From NCBI GenBank assembly GCA_012295275.1, contig CM022665.1:22692001-22756000 (forward strand): a stretch of 64,000 nt of DNA, in the 5' to 3' direction. Below, piece by piece: positions 54,201 through 62,993 of this stretch. Origin of the DNA: Chrysomallon squamiferum. Lineage: Eukaryota; Animalia; Mollusca. Numbering within the stretch: position 1 is the stretch's first letter; every line of letters starts with the position of its first letter. Under the pieces are notes generated by a model. That model searched no databases. It saw only the letters and a list, made by a program, of their open reading frames with translations, and was not told the DNA's origin. Position numbers and translations under genes: made by a program.

Positions 54201-57200
54201 TTTATCATTTTCTTTTTTAGAAACATACAATTATTAATTAAAATATTTAAATATTTATGTGCACAATCACCTATAAATATTTATCTTCTTTCAATTAATA
54301 CTACAATCTATCTTAGACATGTAAAAAGCAATAAGCACTACTTTATTTATAATGCTATGCACATGTAATTTTTTTTTTTTTTTTTTAAAAGAACATTGAA
54401 GAATAGACTACTGGAAAAGACATAATGACTGACAACGATTTGAAAAAGCAAACAAAACTGAAATAAAACAGCAGTGGAATGTCATGATTGTAAGCCAAGA
54501 TAATTATTTAGACATGTATAAAAACAAATGTATAAATGGCACCTTCTATTTTGATATACAGAAATGATTGTTCTAGTTGTGTTGAATATTTTTAATTTTG
54601 TACCCCATGTATATCTGTTGAAACGTTTCTTGTTTTGTAAATGATCATTTAAAAATATTAAATTTTGATATTTGTTTTCTTAAGTCATTTATTTATTTAT
54701 TATTATTATTATTTTTTTTTTTTATAAATATGTATTGATCTTTTTTTCTTTTTTTTTTTTTTTTTTCATTAACTGATTTATATTTTTGTAAACATAAATT
54801 ATATTTTATTCTTAATATTTGTTTCATGTGAACAAAAAGCACAGACTTCCACACAAATTTAAAAAATAAATGTAAGCTACAGAATTAAAAAAAAATAATA
54901 AACTCAAAATATAAATATTTTCTTAGCAGTAAGAAGAGCAATAAAAAGAAAAGCCATTATCTACAAAAATAAAAAATAAAAATAATAGAAGAAAACATAA
55001 TCCAAGCCAAATGCTATATATTAAAAACTAAAGTACATGTTTTCCAAAAAATGTATTAACTGTTTATTTTTTACATTGTTTTTACCTTATACTGTTTCCA
55101 CAAGAGCAGGCAGTAATTAAAACTGATAGTTTTAGCATTTGTGTCTAAATGACAATTATTCACAATGCACAATAAATATAACAGGAAATATATCAAGTAA
55201 ATACTACAGAATATTAAAAGACTTATTTCTGTTATATATTTGAAATATCGTCCTATGTTAATAACAGTGTAACTTGGTGCCTAAAAGGTTTACTGTATAA
55301 AATTATTTCTTTATACTATTGATTTTAAGATGATTCCAAGCAAGAATAATATCTAAAAATTAAGTGTAATGTCCATTAAAAACAAATGAAAAAACAAAGT
55401 CATAAATTATTAAATAAACAGTTAGCTGCAAAAATGAATATTCTTTTTATACATGATCACTTTCTGTTTAATGGAATTACCTGGAATTTGGCTAGCATGT
55501 CTTTGTATTCATCACTGGTTAGATCCTCTTGCTGCATAGCCTGAACAAGACCTTCTACTTCCATCACCCATTTGTTAAAGTCTGATAATCTGTTTTTGTA
55601 TATAAACATATATATCAGTTATTGGACATTCTAAATGTACTATCTTCTATATACTTCATCAGTGATTTTATTATAACATAAATATTAAAGAAAACCCACC
55701 ACATAAATAATTAGTCATTACCATCAGCTTATACTTTCCTCTATATTATAGTGTTTTAATATATGTTTTAACTAATTAAGAAAATATTGGTAAAACTGAA
55801 TCAAATATCTGTTTTATAGATTGTTCTGTTCCATGAGAAATGATTAAAAAACAACAAAGTGAGGCAGTCTACCTTGTGTTATATTCTTTCCATCTCTCAG
55901 GTAGTTGTTTCAGCTGCTCGTGTGTGCTATCGGCCACTGATTTCAGCCTCTGCCATCTCTCACTGTGTTCTTCATATCGTCGCAACAGTGACTTGTCTTC
56001 TGCATTGTGATTTAACAGCTTTCTGGCAATGCCATCCATTGAGCCAAGGCACTTTTCGCAAGTTTGAACGATTTGGCCATCTTGAAATAGTTGCTGCATC
56101 ATTGAAAAAAACAAACAAAAAAAGTTTCAATTCGTAACTCAAGAGAATAGAAACAATAAAAAAAAATAATGATTGTTAAATTAAATGGACGAAAGTAATG
56201 ATATAACAAAATAGATACCAAACTAATATTTTCTATTAATTTAGAAAATTATGAATTCAGTGATTAAGGAAATTTAAGTTTCTGAATTTATATCTAAATA
56301 AATGACTAAAGAAATAATGTATTAACTTTACATAATAGTTGTGATGAAGGGTAAGCAAAACATGTAAAAATTAATCTGCAAAAGTAATTAAAAATCTTCT
56401 TCTGTTTAAAAAAAATCAAATTGAATTATTAAAATTTAACATTAGATGACAATAATACTTTTAAAGATATTTAAAATATTATAACAACACAAATTTCTGA
56501 GTAAAACATAGAACTCCTATAGTGCATTATTTTTCTGACAACATACTCTGTGTTTCATCAGAGCTTCTTTGACATTTTCTCTGCGATTAAGTTTCTCTTG
56601 GTGTTCTCTAATGATTTTCTCAGCATTCATCACAGTGGCCAGAAATTTGTCTTCAGGGAGTGCAAATTCTAATTTCATCTGCTTAATTGGTGCATTGTAC
56701 AGTATATTCTGAAAAATGTTCAAAATATGAAATAAATTTTGAAAAAGAGAACATATATAAAATTTTCATTAAACAAAGATTATTTGCAAAACATTTAATT
56801 ATATTAAACAATCCTTAGAAACATTTGTTAAACGATGTTTAAAAAAGAATAGTAGACATTTGTATATTTTATTATTTATACACTGAAGAATGGGATAAAA
56901 CACAAATACAGAGAATGTGTGTAAACCTTCAGCACATTATAAACAAAATTATTACAAAGAAAAACGTACCTTCCATCTGGCTTCAAGATTAGCCATGTTT
57001 CTCTGCAAGCCAGCTCTGCTTGATTCAGGTAATTGCTGGAGAATGTCTTTTCCTACTGTTAGATAGTCCTGCAGGATTCGACCTTCAAAACGGTCAAAAA
57101 ACATCTGAAAATGAAAAAATCAGAAGACAGTATTAAATATGTAATATTTTTATTATACAGATACACTTTAAACCAAAATCCTAATTGTTTATAACTTTAA

Positions 57201-60200
57201 AAAAAACAAGAAAAAATGTTAATGCTCGTTATTTGATTTACAAAATTTTGGTTAATAATTTGATTATTTTCTGGTGTTTTGTTCATTTTGTTGTTCATGT
57301 ATTTTCTTAAATTGTTCAAGTTAAAACTCTCTGGTTGGTAATTTTAGGTCTTAAGAAACAAACAGATTAGCAATATTTTGTTAACACAAATCAGTTAAAT
57401 AAAAAATGTTTTTAATAATAATAATTCTTTTTTCAGATGAAATCAGTAACTGTTCCATGAATAATGTACACAATATTTTTGTTATGATTTGTTCTTACTT
57501 TGTGTTTGCGTAGCAAGCTCTCAGGATCATCTTCTTTATCATCAAGAACAGTTTCAGCATTGTCCAGACATTCCTCCAGCACTTCTTGCTTTTGGTGTAG
57601 AGTGTGCCACAACCGAGACAGATTCTCCAGCTTTTTCTCCCAGTCTTTAGCTCCCGCTACACAATTCTGTTAAAAAAAAAAAAAATAACAAAATGTTCAC
57701 TTGTACGTCAAACAATGTTCATTTAGTTATCAGAAAACAGGATTAGTTATCCACACAAAATGTTGGTTATCAAAAAATAAAATTGATGTTTTCCTGTGTA
57801 ATTTATTACAAGATGTAAAGAGATTTAGTATCCCACAGATTTAATTCTGTTTTTCTAGAGTTTATATAGGAAACTTCTGAACTGCAATAAAACCATTGTT
57901 ATGTTTCAGGAACAACTGAATTATTTTTACCTGAAATCTTTCCATAACATCATCCATGAGTTGTTTTGCTGGAGTGAAGTCAACATTCTGTAGTTTATTC
58001 TTCAAAAGGTAGACTTTGTCAAAAACCTTTTTCTTGCTTTCCAAGATTGATTTTTGATAAGTGATATCAGAGAAAAAGGCCTAGATTACAAAAACAACAA
58101 CACCTGATTAAACATGTGTGTTAATGTATGGAAACAGTCACTAATAACAGAAAATTTAAGCAGGAACAAGTTCTGGATTTTCAAGTCCAAGGTAAGAATA
58201 TGTTATTAACAAAATAAATAATAGACAAATTAAATTTTGGGGGATTTTTTAATTCTTATTTAAATACATTACAGACTTTAAGAAATCACAACTAAAACAA
58301 AAGAATCTATATAACTGCTTGGAATTTGATAATTACTGGATAAAACATACTTTGTGTTTCTCAAGTCGAGCTTCTGTTGCTTCAGCCGATCCATCCAGTC
58401 TGTGTGTCTGTAACAAACTTTCTCCCTCCATCAGCCATTCATTCAAGTCAGATATTCCCGTCTCTAATGACTCTACATTTGGCAAGTTAGATTTAACAGT
58501 TTTTATTCTTTCAGGAATATCTTTTCTCAACCTGACAATAAGTTCTTTGTGCTTGTTTAAAGTCTGTAGCATCTCTGTCACTTTTTCTTCTGAGCTGTCT
58601 TTGACTAGTGATTGAGCTGTTTTTGTTGTTGTCTTGAAATTACTCTCAATATCAGGCATTTGTGAATTCAACATCTGAAAAGAAAGAAAAGCATTAAATA
58701 ATTATTCACAGTGTATATTCACTTTTTTATGTGATATATTTAATTACTAATATGTGGTATATTAGATATGCATTTGTAAGAAAAATGTTTTTTTAAATTT
58801 GTAAGACAAATAAATTAAACTGAATAAGTGTATATATGTTCACTAGATCATAATGAAAAATAAAAAATTGTTGGCTTTTGAAATATTATTTTGGATATTG
58901 GTTTGTCAACTTGAGTAAAAGCTACTTTCTTACATCAAGTTGCTGGAGGTAATTCTTAAGATCTGCATGAATACAGGGAATTTCTCCCAACACTGACGAG
59001 TCTGCATCTGATAACCAAACTTGTAACTTTTTTTCTCCCTCTTCATACTGCTGCATTGCCCGTCCTATCACCTCAGTTTGTCTGAAGTTAGCATAGCCAT
59101 CACTGAGAACTTTGAATCTTCGGTCTAACATCTCAACTGTCTGCCTGATTTCATTTGCAGTTGGATCATTTGCTGTTCCAATCAGGAAGTTTGCAGATTC
59201 ATTGAGAATCCTATGTTTTTCTTCATACTGTGCAATATCTTGGAAAAATTCCTTTGAAAAATATAAATTAAAAAAATGGTTTCAAGAGATCCAAAATAAA
59301 TATGTATTAAGTTGTAATATTTTATGAATTCTTAGCATAAATCAAACTTTTAAATACTTATAAATTTATTTCCATTTTTAAAAAAATAATAACAATTCTG
59401 TTTTTATATGAACTTACTTTTTTTTCCTCTGTGGAATGCTTCATAACTTCTTCCCCTTCGGTGACCCAAACAGTGAGAACTTCAACACATGCATTGTAAC
59501 GTTTCCATGTTTCCAGCAACTCCTCCAGCATTGACTTGAGTGAGCGGATTTCAGCAGAAACTTTCTTCCACCTCTGTGTAATGTCATCAAACAGATGGTC
59601 CATCTCAATGACCTCATCCTGGCCTGTTTCAAAATCAAGATAACAGATATGCCAACAACATCTATATAAAAGTATATCATGAACTTATATATCTTGTTAT
59701 TCAGGTTTTGCATCAAGATCAATTTAGTAATATGAAGTCACTAAATCTAAATTAAATAGTAAATACCTTTTCAAATCAATATTCAAAGATAATTATTCTT
59801 CAAAACATCTAAATTATACTTTAGGGAAGACTGGAAAATATGCATTTTAAAAAAATAATAATAATTGTAATTCCAACAAACATTTATCTATTTATATCAA
59901 TATATGTTATTCATTTTCTATGCCTTAGAAACTGAAAATTTCTAGTAATATGAAGAACTCTAAATAATACCTGCTCCCTCTTTTTTGAAAGCGTCAGCCT
60001 TCTTTCTGCATGATGTGTAGATTTTGTCATAATTCTCAAAAAGCTGACCAGTAGTAACAAAGTCCTAAAACAAATAAAAAAATAAAAATCAAACTGACTC
60101 ATTAGTTTAATATTGAAGTTGTGATAAAACTACAAATAAATACAAATATTACATTTTAAATTTAGTAAAGTAAAATAGCCTAAAATATTATTGCAATAAT

Positions 60201-62956
60201 TTATTTGTACTTAATTTAAAATAAATGATGTAAGAAAAGAAAACAAATATTTAGAAAACTTACTGAAGAAGATTTACTTAAGATATCAAGTGACAGATAA
60301 TGGTATAATATATATAAATGTTTAAATAGCATTTTTATACAAAACAAACCTGATAATCCTTGAGTAAAAGTTCTATACTCTCTTGATTTCCATATTTCAC
60401 TGTCCATTCATGAAGTTTCATCTCAGACACAATAAGAAAGGCAATAAGTCGATACTTCATCTCTTGAAATTCAAGTTGTCTCTGTCTTTCTGGTGCAAGT
60501 TTGCTGACTTTTTCAATTCGTTTTGAGAGCATATCCAAATGAGGTGGATGTAGTACCTCTCCTTCATAACGACCTGCTCTTTTTACTTGAAGGAAGAATT
60601 GTCGATTTGATTCAAGATCTTTAAAGAACTCCTGAATAATTAAAAAAACAAAAACAAAACTATCTAGTTATAATCTGCACACATAGTTAAGAGCTAATTG
60701 AATGCTCTTTTAAGATATTACTTATGCAGTTAAGAAAATAAACCAATAATCAACACCCTGTCTCCTAAGTAATAAAAATAAATTCTTAAATTTTTCTTGA
60801 ATATTAGATATACAATGAACAATTCCACCAGTGGTTGTTTTTTTTCTTTTTTTTTTTTTTAAATATATGAATTTAATATAATTTTCGGTTTACAATGGAT
60901 AAATACAAAACTAAGATGGAACATCAATTATTTACTTTATGTCTCTGAACAAAGGCCTCTAACTGATTTGCCATTTCCTCTGGGTTTTCTAATGGTTCAA
61001 CATTTTCTTCCAGCATTCGTTCAGCTCTGTAGAGCCATTCCCCAAACTGACCAAGCCGGCCTGGAAGACTTTGGTCAAGTTTGAGGAGCCACAGCTGAGT
61101 TCTACTAACTGTATTCATCCACAGATCATTGAGTTTCTCCCAGTCTGACATCTTCAGTTTTATTGCTTTTCCTGACTTCACTTTATCACCTATTTTCAGG
61201 TAGATTGGTTCTCGTCTGTCCAGTTCAGTTTGGAAGCCAAGATATTCCTTAAGTTAGAAAACATAAAAAATTATAAATAAATTTTGTCTTTAAAAATTAA
61301 TAAATTCTAATAATTAAATTTTGATAAAATTCTCTAGCAGTCATTTGTAAAATGAGCCTTGCATTAATATCGCTTTAAGATTCTTTGAATTACTTCTTCC
61401 AAACAATGTATGTTTTTAAAATGTAACAAGTGGGTTATTTTTTATATCTATGGAACAAACACAAATAAAACAATATTCATGTTCACAGAGATGATGTATT
61501 ATTTTTTTTTTTTTTATTATTTCTTTGTTAAGAATCTAAAATCTGAAATCAGCTTGTTTGAAAAAAAAAAAATTGGTATAAATATTTATGAATTAATCTT
61601 TGATAGTGAAGTTCTTGCCAACTTACTAGAAATTCAGCCTGTCTATCTTGTACTGGTTCTTGTGATGTTTGTAGAATTTCATCTGCATCTGTACTTAGCC
61701 AGTTCATCAGTGTAGTGAATGCTTGCATCTCCTTTTCTGCAGTGTCCAAGTTGGTACTGGGTACTCCTCGGTACTATAAAAATATTAAATCAGGCATTAA
61801 ATTGAAATTTATTTATCATTTTAGTTGAATTTCTGTCTGTTAATTTTCAAAAGACAAAAAATGTATTGAGCCTAAAGGTTTGACCATACTGAAATGTTCT
61901 TTACTTTCTCAGTTTATGTTTTATCATTATTTTAAAATTTACTAGTATCTTATTAAAAAGATATATATATTGGCACTTAATGTTTCTATTTTCTAGAATA
62001 ATAATTAGACTTTTTTTTTTTCAAGTGTTATGTTTGTCTTATGACTGATCTATATTAATGTTATAATTATTTCTGGTAACTGTTTTGTCTTACATTTGGA
62101 TCTCCTGCATCAGGGTATGCCTTAAGGAACTGAGCAACATATGTCATGATAGATTTGTCATCAGGCTTTTCAACATCAACATCTGGTAAATACAAATTAA
62201 CTACTGATTACACTGTTGTATATAAAAATATATGTATATATATTTATGTGTGTTTTCTTTTTTATTTGTTTGTTTCACATATTTACATACAAATATCAGA
62301 TCAAAGTATTAGTATATTCAAAGATATGCACACTGAAATCTGTTAACAAATTGTTTTTGATATCTTCACTGATTTTGTTCCGATAATTTAGGTTTCTGCA
62401 TTAGGTTGTTTTTACTTTGTTTTTTTAAATTATGTTTTCATATTTCTAACACAATGCTAAACTTCGTACCCTCTGGATCAAGTAGTCTGGCAATTCCCAG
62501 ATGATCCTCAGCAGTGGAGAATGCATGCTCAAGGTTGACTTTAGCAGTCTGTTTGCGAATGACATCCATGTCAACAAGATCAGGACGTATGTTGTGAATC
62601 ATTGCATTGAAGGCTAAACCATCTCGCCAACTCTTTGCAAAATCTTTCACTTGAATATTATATTTTCTGCAATTAATTTATTAGAAATAAAAATAATTGT
62701 GATTTTATTTTATTACACAAGTATGGTTAAATCACCTCCTTTATGATATTCTTATCAATATTTATCAAAAACGTAATGGCAGATACAAAAACAAATTAAT
62801 AAGATAGTCAAATACACTGTTAACAGTTTGCTGTTAGATGATATAGTTTTTTAAGGAGTGAAAAAGTTTAAGAATGAAAATGCAGGATACAAAATAAAAA
62901 ATAAATAAATAAATAGATAAATAAACCAACAAACATTCATTTTTTTTCTTCCTATT

Positions 62957-62993
<37 letters not shown>

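Noticed and set aside
6264-61250. Six AAG acceptors (w5, w9, w26, w30, w40, w79)
   Set aside because: AAG is a normal minor 3' splice-site class; 6 of 79 is unremarkable in an AT-rich genome.
8021-62346. Plus-strand ORFs in the track (e.g. 20397-20738, 37335-37703, 53683-54084, 58319-58615) as a nested gene
   Set aside because: Mostly Ser/Cys/Phe-rich antisense shadows overlapping nesprin exons, the rest AT-rich intron readthrough; no coherent plus-strand splice chain.
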